A stretch of DNA of 57,368 nt, filler included, from Circinaria calcarea (Eukaryota), in NCBI GenBank assembly GCA_051942165.1. It is 7 parts of 7 records of this genome, joined end to end, with 100 filler letters (N's around TTAATTAATTAA, not from the genome) between each part and the next. Parts side by side here need not be neighbours in the genome. Positions count along the whole stretch, not along the records: positions 1 to 8,116 come from JAVECS010001174.1; positions 8,217 to 16,331 come from JAVECS010001175.1; 5 more parts are not named here. The stretch is one strand, 5' to 3'. The first letter of the stretch is position 1, and each line of letters opens with the position of its first letter. The notes below the pieces were generated by a model, which was not told the DNA's origin, made no database searches, and was given only the letters and a program-made list of their open reading frames with translations. This document shows, one piece after another, positions 1 through 12,360 of the stretch. A program made the translations under genes and the position numbers.

Positions 1-110
1 CCGCCGGTCTATTGGTAGTGTCCTCGAGAGATCTCCCGGCCTGGTACTCTACCCCTCTTTCTTCTGCACCCAGCACTGCTTTTGCCTGTTCTTTTTGCCT
101 ATGCATGTAT

Positions 111-210
111 CCATGCCTCATGCCCATGACCATGACCCGTAACCGTGACTGTGACCGTGACCGCGACCATAGCCGTGACCGTTGATCGTTGACCATATCC
201 ATGACCACGA
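111..210. repeat. Degenerate hexamer repeat (CCATGA/CCGTGA)n
   Basis: ccatgac catgacccgt aaccgtgact gtgaccgtga ccgcgaccat agccgtgacc. Confidence 0.7.
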
Positions 211-2504
211 CGACTTGTACCGGTATCCAGGGGGCGGAGGGTGGAGGGTGAGGATGGTTGGGGAGGACGAAGGAAGAATGGGGCCAGTCAGTCGCCGGTC
301 AACTGCGGAGCCTGATACATGACTCCCTATTCTGCTGGCTTAGCCCTGCCGACGCTGCAAACCGCCAGCGCGCTTGTTTCTCCTTTAGCCTACACCTGCT
401 CGTTCTCCCTGTCTTAGCGCTCGGTGCCGAGGGTCCGGCCACCAAAATCCCCCCATTGGACTCTACGGCCAGTGCCCACAATGTACTGAGAATGCTTACA
501 GCTCCCTCGGATTGGTGCGACCATACTCCAGCGCCGACATGTCCATCTAAGCCTGTATGCGCCGCTCGTGGCACAGGAGATAACCTCGGACGCCTTACCC
601 GTCCATGCGCTCCTCTATCAAACCTCATCGCCGGAGGGCTACACTCTTTCGCCGTTGACCTAGGGATATCTTTTCCCTGCGACATCTTCTGAACAACCCG
701 AATCGTTCAGAAGCCACTCAGACGAGCATCAGTATCCGCGTGCCATGGGAAGGGTACCGAATGATCTTCGACCACCTCTTCGGTGATGGTCGGAGTAGAT
801 AGGATGGATGGTCGAAAGCCTGTGGCTAAATGGCAATGAAAGAATGGACGGGGGGTCGGTCAGGAGATCGTTTCACCTTCCCCATCGAAGCGCTGGAGGG
901 TTTTTTCTTCCTTTCACAATATCCAGGCGACTTCCCTCCCTGATTGGATGGTTGACAAAGAGACCTGGGGTTTCCCCGGGAAAAGTAATAGAGATCCCTT
1001 CCCCATGCTTGGCCATCCCTCTCGGCGCGCAGACGTGATAAGCTGAGGCCGCCCAGTTGGAGTGCATGGCGCCATAGATGATGGAGCAATCAGCGTTATC
1101 ACGTAATGCCGCTGCTGATGCCCAATCAGATTAGGCTGAACGGATAATTGCAGGTGAATCTGATAGACAGAACAGCAGACCGCGAGCAAAGAGTCGTCCG
1201 GTTAATCACATAATACTTGTAGCACTTGAAGATACCCCTAACCCCGGAGAAAGCTAAGTCTACAGATGGGCCGGAGATGACGGTTCCGCATAGGGGAATC
1301 TTCTCCCCCGGGAAAGGGCTCCTTGAGTTCAACTGCTAGACGGCGTCTATCGTCTGAGGATAGGTAATACAATAACCCGCTCAATAGCAGGATGACTACT
1401 TGCTCCCTTGTGCTACTCGAGACCGGCGTTCGACCTTGGGGAAGATCATGCACTCCGCAAAGTTTGATTTCGCAACTTCGCCTGGCTGATGCGTCTGCTG
1501 AGACCCCACAAATCAGGCGACCAGTGGGCACCAGTGGGCATTCTTGCGCAACAAAGTCGCACATCCTCCCGGCTACCGAGACGGCGGGGCGAGATATCCA
1601 TCGTGGTGGGGCAGCCGTGATCCATTCTTATAAGGATGACCGGAAAAAATGTAGATTGGATGACTACCTCTAGTACGCCAGTATCCCTCCTAGACGCCCC
1701 TAGGCCTAGATCGGACGTCGATTCCTCTGCAAATATCACCCGGCGACGCCGACGCCGACTTCCTTCCGCCGAAGTGGAAAAGGGAGGTGTGCTTACTGCT
1801 CTACTCCTATCAAGTTGCTGGCTTCTGGGTTGCTTCCAGCAGCTCATGCCTGCTTTGACTGCGATACGCCTGAGTCCGGGCTAGGACCAGGGGCAGTGTA
1901 TGGGTATTCCGAGTCACACATATCAGGGTCAGCGCCCTGCCTACTTATGTCGGTGTCAGTGGAGGTTACGCGCTCCGTAGTTTCTTGTGGCTCGAGGCTC
2001 TCTCGGTGAGGTGAACGGTGCAGTGACCCTATTTGCTGACCTCCTCCCTACTTCTTTCCTTACCCTTGACGATGGTTTAATCCAGTTACTCTTCGCCTGC
2101 AGACTTCCTCGTCTCGGCTGGTGGGAAAGGTAGGAACGAAGGCTCATACGGGTTGCCAAATCTGAGTTCAACGCATCGGAAACGGTTGAGGGCCTTGTGG
2201 ATCTCTGTAAGCCGGTTGGGCCTCGGCTAGGTGGATATATTGTCATATACACGGTCGAATAGCAGCCTGAATAGACCCTGCTACCCACATATATCCCGTC
2301 GGGGCACTACCGCTGCCACTATACTACTAACGTCGGCTGCGTGGAGATCACGGTCCCACGTGCATAGATATTTCCTTCTAGAAGGATCGCGTTAACATCC
2401 TAAGTGGGGATGGAAGCACAAGCTCAGCCAGATCAGTCGGATTTAGCCGTGCTTGGGCGTTCCACTACTACCTCGAAGGAAATTCATCATACTATCCTCT
2501 ACCG

Positions 2505-4025
2505 CTAGCGGCAGCTGTCAACAACACCGCTGTTATCACGAGTCGCTGAATTTGCCTTGCCTTGATCACTCCTTACTTCCATCAGCATCCGTCGAATGAC
2601 CCTCTGCAGCCGTTCAACCCCTTCCACAAGTCGGTCTTCCTCCTCCCATGAGAAGCAGATCCGTACCTTTCTGCCGAGGTCAACGACGGTAGTATCGCCG
2701 TAGACGCCGAAAAGGGGGCCTGGCGCTATGATCACATTCTCCTCCTCTCGGGCACGGAGTGCAAGTTCGTCTGCCTGGAGAGGAGAGGGCAAGGAGAACC
2801 AGAGAAAGTATCCACCCATGACGTCTCTGTCGGTCTGAGGCAAAGTGACGCCTAAAGGCACTAGGTGTTCCTGCATCGCAGAAAGAAGATTCTGGAATCG
2901 CCTGGCGTAAGTAGGTTGCAGAGTGCTGTAGATGTGCTGCTGGAGGTCGCCTGACTCGAGCAACTTTGATATAAATGTTGCGGTCAATTGCGAGGGGGCG
3001 CCCCCCGACCTTGACGACCCTCTAGTCATGTGTCAATTTAATGCAGTCTAACAATTATCCAGAAAAGACGAACACTTGTGACAAGGCGTATGTAAACTTC
3101 TCCGTTCCCTCTGCCCATCCTGTGCGACAGCCAGGGCCAACGATCTTGCTGAAGCTACCATTGCTGACGGCATTCCCGAATCCATCGGCCGCCGACCTTT
3201 CTGGCCCACCTTGGAACCAGCGATCAACGTCCACTATACGTGGGAGAACCGCCTTCTCCAGGGCCGTCTTTGTCGCTGTCGATGCAGCAGGCCATTGTAG
3301 CTGATCATACACGTCGTCGGTGAGAACTAGCGCGTCATACTGCCTTGCGACACTCACGAGCTGCTGCCGACGAGCAAGGCTCATGGTCTTGGACGATGGA
3401 TTGGAGAAAGTTGGCACGGCGTAGATGAGATGGCGATAGATCTTACTCCATGGTCGCTGAGGTTTGAATTTCTAAGTTCCTGATCAGCGCCCATGGCCAG
3501 GGGAATGCAATCTAGTCCATGTACAATGCTTGTCTCTCATACCGGCTCATTATTTCCCTGCAAGGCAGCCTCCTCTTCACTAACTCGCAGGGCATCCCTC
3601 AAGAAGTCGATGTCTATCCCTTCCTCGTCCTCGGGCACTGATCGCAGTCGCCCATGGAAGCCGGAATCCTCAAAGATGCGACAGGCCAGGAAGTAAGTCG
3701 GAGACACCATCCACACCTGCCTCGTGTAGACCGGGTCGGTGAACAGCTGCAGGACGCAGGCGAGGTTTTGGCTGGCCCCACCCGTGATACAGATCCTCTT
3801 GGGGCTGATGGCTTGTGGCGCCTCGTAGAAATGCGTCAGCCAGGTTGCAATCTGCTCTCGCAATGGCTCGTACCCTGCATCGGGGCCGTACAGCATTCCC
3901 GGAATAGCCACGGCAGGATCCGACAGTGCCGACGTGGTGGCCGCGGTGATTTGAGATAGGGGAAGGAGGGCGGGATTGGGCCATCCGCGCAGGAGGTTGA
4001 TGAGAGCCTTGGAAGATCCGTTCAT
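2505..4025 (-). CDS. PLP-dependent aminotransferase class I/II (YER152C/2-aminoadipate or valine-pyruvate transaminase-like); 3 exons ~4025-3543, 3471-3074, 3021-2505
   Basis: INLLRGWPNPALLP N-terminus, YGPDAG, ITGGASQNL, YAVPTFSNPS, TDDVYD, GSFSKIVGPGCRTGW (PLP lysine), GGYFLW; GT-AG introns join the three ORFs in frame. Confidence 0.93.
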
Positions 4026-4787
4026 AATGTCGGCGGTGCTTCTTGTTGATACTCATCCGATAACGGGTGGAACAACACTCATCAGGACGGACGGCTTGGC
4101 TACCACGTTGCGTGCCTGAGCTGATTCGATGTTAGAGTGTTGGAGGAAACAAATCATGAGAGGAGAAGCTCTACCCCAGGTCTTGGCGCAGCAGAGACGA
4201 AATGCACGCTCAAGGTACCTGTAGGGAGTACCATAGTGGTAGCGGTACGGAATAGTAGTATCAGTATTAGGAATCATGGCTGCTCTCAGCTGTCTCCTGC
4301 ATGCAATGGATTTTTCCATTTTCCACGTAAATGTCTGGTGCGATGCCAGACGCTGCTCAGGGGGGTAGTGTGCATTATTTCTGTTATGGTATTCCGCCCG
4401 ACACAATGCTGTTGTATCATGCCGCGTGTCTCACTCTCCGCCGCCGCCGACCATTTTCTCCTTTCACTAAGGGAAGCGGGTATGGTACTGGTGACGGTAC
4501 ACAGCCGCCACCGTTTCGTTGCTTCATCCAACACACTGCCCAAGATGGTTGATTGCCAATGAGTGGCAGAAGATGCTCCCTTCAAGTATCGCCCTCGGCG
4601 CCTCTCTTGACTGTCTGCACATATCGTCTCAATTCACCGCGTACTCAACCGATACGATTGCGCCACTGCTGCCAAGAAACGTGATCGGGATAACCGTCTG
4701 CTCGTCGAGTTCTGCCGAGTCATAGGACGAGCGACTGATACTCTCAACCCGATAGACTGCCCTAAGGGACGGGCATATTTCTCTGCC

Positions 4788-7596
4788 ATGGCTACGGATG
4801 AAATGCTACCTGACAATCGTGTCTCCTCCCTCTCATCCATCGGCAGCGACTTCATCAGGACGGACAAGGATTCTGGCCTCTCCGGACTCCGGCCCCTTCC
4901 AGACGCAAGACTACCGAGCCCTACGCAGCATCACCACCATCCCAGCGTCGATACTTCGACCTTCTCACCCCAGATCCCACATCCATCCTCTCGAAATACT
5001 AGTCCTCGAGTCCTAACACGATCTCTCGGCTCGGGCCGACCAGTTTCATTCTCTGCGTCCACGCTCCACTCACCGAATCATGCCCGAGCAATCTCCCTCA
5101 CACCGTCTCTGGAGGCGTACTCGTCTGCGCCCTTGGGCCACCGGGCACATGGCGGGTCTCCACTTACAACCCAACAAATTGGAGAAATTAGTCCTGACCA
5201 CTCCTCCTCTTCCCCGCAGAGCAGACCTAGCAGTAGGGGGGGCAGTGGATCTGGAAGTCGACCATCGTCCCCGGCTCTCGATCTCTTACGTCCTGCGACA
5301 CCAACGGAGGGGAAGTTGGTAAAGAAGAAAGGTTGGCTAGCCGCCAAGTTTCGTGGACGGTCTGGCAGCAAGACGGACAATACCCATGAACCGACAACAT
5401 GGGCTATTGCTCCTCAAGGGAGGTCGCCATATGATCTTGCGTCCCTTATGAGCGGTCAGGTGGGTTGCAGAGAGCCGAACTCAAAAAATCCCTGCTAATA
5501 CTTTATGGTAGGTACCAGAACTATGGGATAACAGCGGCGACATCTTTGTTCATATCTACCCTAGAGACTCCCTACAAGGTCCTTCCTTTCGGATTCACTC
5601 TTCTCTCATTGCTTCATCACTTACGCTGGCGTCTTTCGCTGAGAGGAGCCTGCAATCCGAACATGGTCATTGTCGGAATGGCCAATATCTTAACAAGCAC
5701 ATGCGGAACTTGTCACTTGGTATTCCTCGCACGCCTACAATAACACCCCCAACCACAGGGAGGAGACTCTCCTTTAGCAGCTCGAACTCTGAAAGTCACT
5801 CAGACGACCGGTATAGAGATTCTCGTTTCATTGATCACATGACAGAAGAAACATCAGCAGAATACCATATGTACTTGCCCTTGAATATCGACCCTACAAA
5901 TACCTCATCTGGATTGTCTTCTGAAGACATTGAGAAGATTGTGGCTGTTAGGAACCTCTTTGCGTTCTTAGCTAGGGAAGCTATGGTCGCCACACCCGGA
6001 CAGCCGACCCTCTTCGCTATCCTTTCGAATGTTGCTAAAATGCTAGAACATTACGATTTCTCCAACCAGGATGGGTCCAGCTTTGGGGAAGTCCCAGCTC
6101 TCAGCTGTAAACACTACATTGATACGTTTAACCTTGCGGATGTCAGGACTAGCCGGGAGAAAACATTGCAAGCTATCATTCTTGGCGAGCGAATGAAGTC
6201 CTGGGACCTGTATAACGAAGGATTCGTCCATGGGGTTGGAAAATGGGATTATATCATGCAATTGCACAGTCCGCTCTTTGACCAGATCAGCGACATCACT
6301 CGAAAACGGATGGAGAGAGCTTTCAGTGACTTAGAGAATCGTCGCAGAAGCATGGAGACACGCCTTCAAGATTTCGATTTTCCATCGCTCTTTGCGGGTG
6401 TCGCAGCTTCTAGCGTCGAGAATAAGTCAATCGACTTCAAGGCATGGAAAGCCTCGTTTATGTCTATGCGGAAGCATACTTTGACCCTGTACAAGAACCG
6501 ATACGGATCTTGGCCACCAAAAGCCAAATCGAAGAAGAACAACTTTGAAGAAAGTGGCTTGAATCGAGTACTACTCATGGAGGTCTATCAGGATTTCTCA
6601 GACTTGTACGATATAATGGTAGATCGAAAGGAGTTGACCACGCGCACATTGGATTTTTTCTCCAACGATGGATCTTCCATGCCAGGGCCAACAGCGCCGA
6701 TCCCTCATGCGCTACGTCGGCTGTTAAGTGAGTTCGACCGCAGTACCCCACCTGTTCAACCACCTATACCCTTTGATATTCCCATGATGCCTGACCTGAC
6801 AACAACAAGACGAGACTTCGAGAGCCTTTCCGCCAAGAAACAAGCAAAAGAGCGTGGGAAGAAGCTGCGAGACAATGAAATCAACCAAGCTCTTCTACAG
6901 TCTAGTAACCGAGACTTGATAAAGGCAACGCCGTTTATCGAGTCCTTTCTCGCGTTCGAAAGACAATCCGCCCGTGGGAAGTCCATCGAGGAAATCAACG
7001 ATCTCCGTATCGGCCAATGGATATTCATGTACGTCATTTTGCAATCTCTTCCCCTGGTGGTTGTCGATGCTCCAGCACTGCGGTATACTGAAGGAGTCGA
7101 GTACTTTCTCTGTGAGGTGCCCAAAGGAGCGGTTCCGTGGAATGTGGAAGATGGCGGATTGAAAAAGGCGTGGTATGGCGTAACAGGTGGATCCGGGCTC
7201 GTCAGCCTACCTGCCGATGTCGTGGATCATGGCGTTGAGGGTATTTACCAAAGAAGCCATTGTTGGCAAGTAGCGGAGATGTGGATCAGTGGTGGAGAAC
7301 AAGGTGGTTATCCTCCGCGACCGTCCAGTATAAGTGGTGACCCGTTACTCCCGCCTCCACTCGATCCTGATGCCGTCCTTGGATCGAGATCAAGTTCACC
7401 TGATCGAGCGAGCTCGGTGAGACTCGGGCTGGAAGCACTTCCACTACCCGCTGGTGTCATGCCTTATAATCGATCCCAGGCAAACACCACATTTGATCCG
7501 ACGAAGAATTTCGAGGCAATCCTAGGGCCCGCTTCTTCCCCAAAGGCGCGGTCGCGGTCACCAAGAGGGTTTTCACCGAGAAGGAAAATGAAATAG
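4788..7596 (+). CDS. Conserved fungal hypothetical protein (S/P-rich N-terminus plus conserved core); intron 5460-5511
   Basis: GTGGGT...CTAAT...TAG intron joins ORF 4788 to VPELWDNSGDIFVHIYP...GPSFRIHSS, in frame with the 631-aa ORF at 5701; resembles a conserved Pezizomycotina family (recalled as DUF8004, unverified). Confidence 0.85.
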
Positions 7597-8116
7597 GGCA
7601 TGTACCGACTTGCCTCGTAATTTCATCTTGACGTATAGGTGGGAAGCATCATATACGCATAATATCCTTTCGATGATTTATGAAATCAATATAGAGCGCG
7701 TTTCCCCGGAGTCGAAAGTCCAAGGTATGTATTCATACAGATGAAGAGTGACTTGTTACTGTACGAATAGAATAAAAAGAATCCGGCTTTTTATGATGCG
7801 GAACAAATTCATGCTAACAAGCTGGGTACAGTCTAATTGGTCGTCTCTGGCTATCAGGTTAGAATGGAGAAATACCATCACATTCTAGCAGCATCTTTTT
7901 GTATCATATCATAGTACCTAAGGTGATTGGCAATCAGCACGTCATTAAATGTATCCAACACGAGTACCTCATACCAAGCAATTCAATAGTGCAATTATCA
8001 TTGGCCCTCCTCGAGTTATTGCCCCTATTACACCTTGTCTTTCACCTCCCCCCTCCCCCTCCCTAAACTGCTTAAAGAAGACCGGAATGGTGTCCTTCAC
8101 TCCCATGTCTTTCCTC

Positions 8117-8216
8117 NNNNNNNNNNNNNNNNNNNNNNNNNNNNNNNNNNNNNNNNNNNNTTAATTAATTAANNNNNNNNNNNNNNNNNNNNNNNNNNNN
8201 NNNNNNNNNNNNNNNN
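8117..8216. other. Artificial contig-joining linker (N44-TTAATTAATTAA-N44)
   Basis: 100-nt N run with a central six-frame stop sequence; identical at all six junctions. Confidence 0.98.
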
Positions 8217-9165
8217 AACCGTTAACTCGGGTGGTGTACCCTCCCAAGCGGGTTCACGTCCCAGGATCTTCAGCACCATTAGAACAGAGGACTTCCCTTT
8301 CGACTTGATAAGTAACGGCCCTTTGGTTCTAGGGTGCTCATTGTGCTGTCAACAACACCTTAGCCGGTGCCTCGTAGCCCAATGTGCCTTCTATTTAGAG
8401 TTAGGCGGCTCCCCTGGGGAGTAATGAGCTCTAACCGCCCTACTTTTCAACGTGTGTCTATTTGCAGTCACCGGGTGGTAGGAACACCCTTGCAATCTCG
8501 TGCAGTGTTACCACTGCTAAAGATACCTGGCGCCTCGAAACCTTCTCCGCGTGGCTTCCTCCCCCTATCCGAAGACGGGTTACAGAAATCTCGTGGCACA
8601 GAGACCACAAAATCGCGCCCTATTTATCCGCTTAACCTGGATAGGGGGTGTATCTGCGTACTGGCACCGGAGGTCTACGCTGTCCCAGGCGGGTTCGCGG
8701 ACTTTAGTATAAACCAGGGTGTACCACGGGGAGGTACCTCGCGAACACTCGACACCCCTAGAATATGATGGTGTGATCACTAACATGATTGGTGATACAA
8801 GTGGACAGTAGGCTAGAACACTTTCCATGCTTGAACATGCTGGGAGCTGCACCTGCAGCTGTACCAGCGTTTAATGCTGATTTAGTAGTATAACAGCCAT
8901 TGCTTTTTGGGGACTGATAAGGCTCCGATGAGTGTGACTGCGCCGAGTGGTTGTTTGACCTGGCAAGTCAATAGAATATGTGAAATCACAAAAAATGTAC
9001 AATATTTGGGGCCAGCGCTGCGACATGTGGCTTTCTGCACATCGCGCGAACGCGACGCTACTACTGCCTAAGGCACATATATACATGGCACCTATGCACA
9101 AATAGTTATTTTGACGCCCATATCAAGCATTCATGATGCTGCTCTGATGATACTTGGCAGGTAGG

Positions 9166-9293
9166 CAAGGCTTCCAATAGTACAACCGGTGCTGTGCAGA
9201 GCACTGCACTGTACCGTCTTGGCAGTGCAGATAGCACTGATAGTACAGGCTTGGCAGTGCACTGCTGCACCGGCTGCACTATTAGAAGCCTTG
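9166..9293. mobile_element. 128-bp hAT-type MITE with 8-bp TSD CAGGTAGG
   Basis: Terminal inverted repeats CAAGGCTTCCAATAGTACAACCGGTGC vs revcomp CAAGGCTTCTAATAGTGCAGCCGGTGC (24/27); CAGGTAGG at 9158-9165 and 9294-9301. Confidence 0.8.
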
Positions 9294-9384
9294 CAGGTAG
9301 GAGAATTCTCCGGAAAACCCCACTGCCAATACATTGCAGATCGCTGCCCGTGCTGATACAAAATCTACCGTTACGCTAAAACTA

Positions 9385-9509
9385 TCCCTTAAACCATTGC
9401 TCAGGCACGCCGAACCATGCGTTTTTTGGCCAGCTATGTTGGCACGGACCAGAGGTTGGTCCGTTCGAAAAACGCACGGTTCGGCGTGCCTGAGCAACGG
9501 TTTAAGGGA
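9385..9509. mobile_element. 125-bp Tc1/mariner-type MITE with TA TSD
   Basis: 42-bp TIRs TCCCTTAAACC(A/G)TTGCTCAGGCACGCCGAACC(A/G)TGCGTTTTT (40/42), flanked by TA at 9383-84 and 9510-11; internal hairpin ACGGACCA/TGGTCCGT. Confidence 0.8.
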
Positions 9510-10638
9510 TACAGAGACCTCATATCTTGTCGGAATCAAGAAATAAAAGCCATACTCTAACTACATCGTATTTGGGCCTATATTCTCACCTCCCAATCCT
9601 TCGGATAAGAGCTGGCCATTTAAAGTACTGTACGATCCAACAAGCGCCGATCCCGTATGCCTCTGGAGTCTGTACCATACTACGTACTTTCAGCCTTGCT
9701 CATGCACAAATAACAGTCGCATACACTGCCGAGTAGGACAGGAGTTTTATATTTTAAGCATCAGGCTGCAAAGTAATCCTTTGCCGCCTGCCTACTGTGT
9801 GTGGCCTGGCTGAGCATCCCAATCGGGGACTCCTCGTGTAAAGTTCTGGAATGTGGATAAGTTCCAATTCTCCTCAGCCTTGCTACCTCTCCCCCTCCGT
9901 GCTCGTATGAATCATGCAGAACCTATCTAATAATTTTACAATTCTCCTCAGCCTTTCCGCTCTCCCCTATCTATCCCCTGTCCATCTTCTGTTTCTCCCC
10001 TCCATGTCATGCTTACATGTATGTACGAACTAATGACCCCGGTAGGAGCCGTCTCCAACAGTTGGGATTCACTTCATCAAAGACTTCGATTTCAAAGCCA
10101 AAGTCTTTCGATGTTCTTCCTGCATATCGAGTAGTTCTAGCCAATATGACTCCCGAGTCTTACACCTAGGGAGTTTAGAAACGCATTACCGATGACGGGC
10201 TGAGTATTGCACAGCAGCCGCGCATACGTTTTATAGCTCTTAAAATAGATAGTCTAGACAGAATGGATGATGCTGTGTTTTGGATGAAGGCGCTTATTGT
10301 AACGCTGCCAATTAGACAGTGCATGGAACTCGATATAGTACAGAAAAAGTCAGCCTCTTCGATAGCTGGTAGAGGAATACATATATGGCGGGAAGAAGAC
10401 CCTCCCTATAATCTATGCCACACAGTCCGCAGCTAATCGAGCAAAATTCATAAAAATCTACAAATGTGTGTGATCCCCATATTAGTTTGGCATCACTGAC
10501 CTTGGTAGAATCAATCTTGATCAGCCGAAACCTGCGGCTTCCGCTTTCTTTTCAAGCCCTCGTTGAGTTCCGAATTTCTCCACTTCAAAGAAAAGACTGC
10601 TCCTTGTCGATAAAAGAGGCATTAAACTCAAAGACTCA

Positions 10639-11610
10639 ATGGCCGACCGTCCGGATCCACCATCCAATGATCAGTTTAGAGTGGGATGGATTTGCGCGCT
10701 TCCGACGGAAATGGCCGCCGCCACCGCCATGTTGGATCAACAGTTTAATTCTCTGGTCCAAGATAAATCGGACCACAATAGTTACGCCTATGGCTGGATT
10801 CGTCACATTAATGTGGTTATCGCTTGTCTTCCTGCGGGTCTTGCCGACACGGTTACTGCAGCAACAGTCGCGAGTCAGATGCTTAGAAGCTTTCAGTCGA
10901 TCAAGATCGGATTGATGGTCGGAGTTGGTGGGGGCGTGCCTACTCCACATAAAGATATACGATTAGGCGATGTGGTTGTGAGCAAGCCGGCGGGCCAGTC
11001 CGGAGGAGTGGTACAGTATGATCGTGGGAAGAGAACCGCTGGAGGAGTCTTTGAAAAGACAGGGGTGCTGAATAAACCCCCTGATGTGTTACTGAATGCG
11101 TTGAATAAGCTGCGAGCGGATTTCGAACGCCACGCTCCCCAAGTTGAGGAACTTCTCACCGAAACGCTTCGGAAAACATCACCCGGGATGCTGAACACAT
11201 TCTGCAGACCTGACGCAGTGGACAAGCTTTATCGCCCCGACTACGACCATCCTCGCGACACTGGGGATTGTACTAGATGTGATCCGCAGAAACTGGTCCG
11301 TCGGTCTCAAAGGACGGAACTTAAAATCCATTCTGGTATTATTGCCTCTGGAAACTCGGTGATTAAGGATGCTGCCGAGAGAGACAAGATAAGCAAAGAC
11401 CTTGGTGGTATTCTTTGCTTCGAGACAGAAGCCGCCGGGCTAATGGACGGTTTTCCTTGCCTCGTGATTAGAGGCATCTGCGACTATGCTGATTCACATA
11501 AGAATAACCAGTGGCAAAGATTTGCAGCGGCAACAGCGGCTGCTTACGCTAGGATGCTAGTAACGATTATGCCCCCGAGCGAAGTGGAGAAAACGCAGCC
11601 TGCACAGTAA
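10639..11610 (+). CDS. Nucleoside phosphorylase (PNP_UDP_1) domain protein of the fungal NLR-effector type; intact 323-aa portion
   Basis: VGWICALPTEMAAA, HNSY..G.I..INVVIACLP, GLMVGVGGGVP, DIRLGDVVVS, GGVVQYDRGK, IHSGIIASGNSVIKDA.ERD, LCFETEAAGLM, CLVIRGICDYADSHKN.QWQ.FAAATAAAYA. Confidence 0.93.
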   Translation: MADRPDPPSNDQFRVGWICALPTEMAAATAMLDQQFNSLVQDKSDHNSYAYGWIRHINVVIACLPAGLADTVTAATVASQMLRSFQSIKIGLMVGVGGGVPTPHKDIRLGDVVVSKPAGQSGGVVQYDRGKRTAGGVFEKTGVLNKPPDVLLNALNKLRADFERHAPQVEELLTETLRKTSPGMLNTFCRPDAVDKLYRPDYDHPRDTGDCTRCDPQKLVRRSQRTELKIHSGIIASGNSVIKDAAERDKISKDLGGILCFETEAAGLMDGFPCLVIRGICDYADSHKNNQWQRFAAATAAAYARMLVTIMPPSEVEKTQPAQ

Positions 11611-11634
11611 ATAGTCTCACACAATAACCATCCT

Positions 11635-11895
11635 GTGTCGGGTACAAGTACGCCATTGGGTCAGCGATCGCTATCCCCTTCTGAACGGAGCCCGTATTTC
11701 TAGCAGGGGCTATCTCCTCCTTTGTCGGGTTCAAGTTCGCCATTGCTACAGCGATCGCTACCCCCTTCTAGACAGAACTCGACTTTCCAGCAGGGGCTAT
11801 GTCCTCCTTTGTCGGCTTCAAGTTCGCCATTGCTACAATCATCGCTACCCACTTCTGTATGGAACCCGACTTTCCAGCAGGGGCCATCTCCTTCT
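11635..11895 (+). repeat. 3 x 87-nt (29-aa) coding tandem repeat, LSGSSSPLLQRSLPPSRQNSTFQQGLCPP
   Basis: Unit starts at 11635, 11722, 11809. Confidence 0.9.
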
Positions 11896-12216
11896 GAGAA
11901 GTTCCGGCGTGAAGATTTTGGCCAAAAGTTTGGTGGCATGGAACGGAAGCCCCTACCTAGAGAGAGTGTAGGTTACAAACAGCCAGCCGGAATGTATCGC
12001 CCGCAAAGGCCGACAAAGAGCTACTCCGATCAATCTGGCCAACCTACCCAGTATCACTACAGCCCATCCATACCACTTCACCCGTTGCCAGGGCTAGAAA
12101 GCAAGCCAATAGGACGAACAACTCCCCGTGAGACACCCTTGGGGCTGGCCGCAGACTATTATTTCGGACCTCAGAATATGGACGGTGATAGCCAGCACGA
12201 GAACACCAAAATCAGG

Positions 12217-12360
12217 GGTAACCACGGCAATAATAAGGACCACAGCGACAAGAATAGCGGTAAACACGGCAATAACCAGCAACACAGCAACAAGAATAGC
12301 GGTAACCACGGCGATAACCAGTGTTACAGCGACCAAAAAAGCGGCAACCACAACGGGTTA
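12217..12360 (+). repeat. ~3.5 x 42-nt (14-aa) N/G/H-rich coding repeat, G(N/K)HG(N/D)NxxHSxKNS
   Basis: Unit starts at 12217, 12259, 12301, 12343. Confidence 0.9.

Noticed and set aside
8161..8172. TTAATTAATTAA as a biological palindrome
   Set aside because: Assembly linker embedded in Ns and repeated identically
11607..11706. Intron (GTAAAT...TAG/CAG) removing the first two stops
   Set aside because: Candidate lengths of 97 or 100 nt break the frame, and the interval is itself a coding-repeat copy
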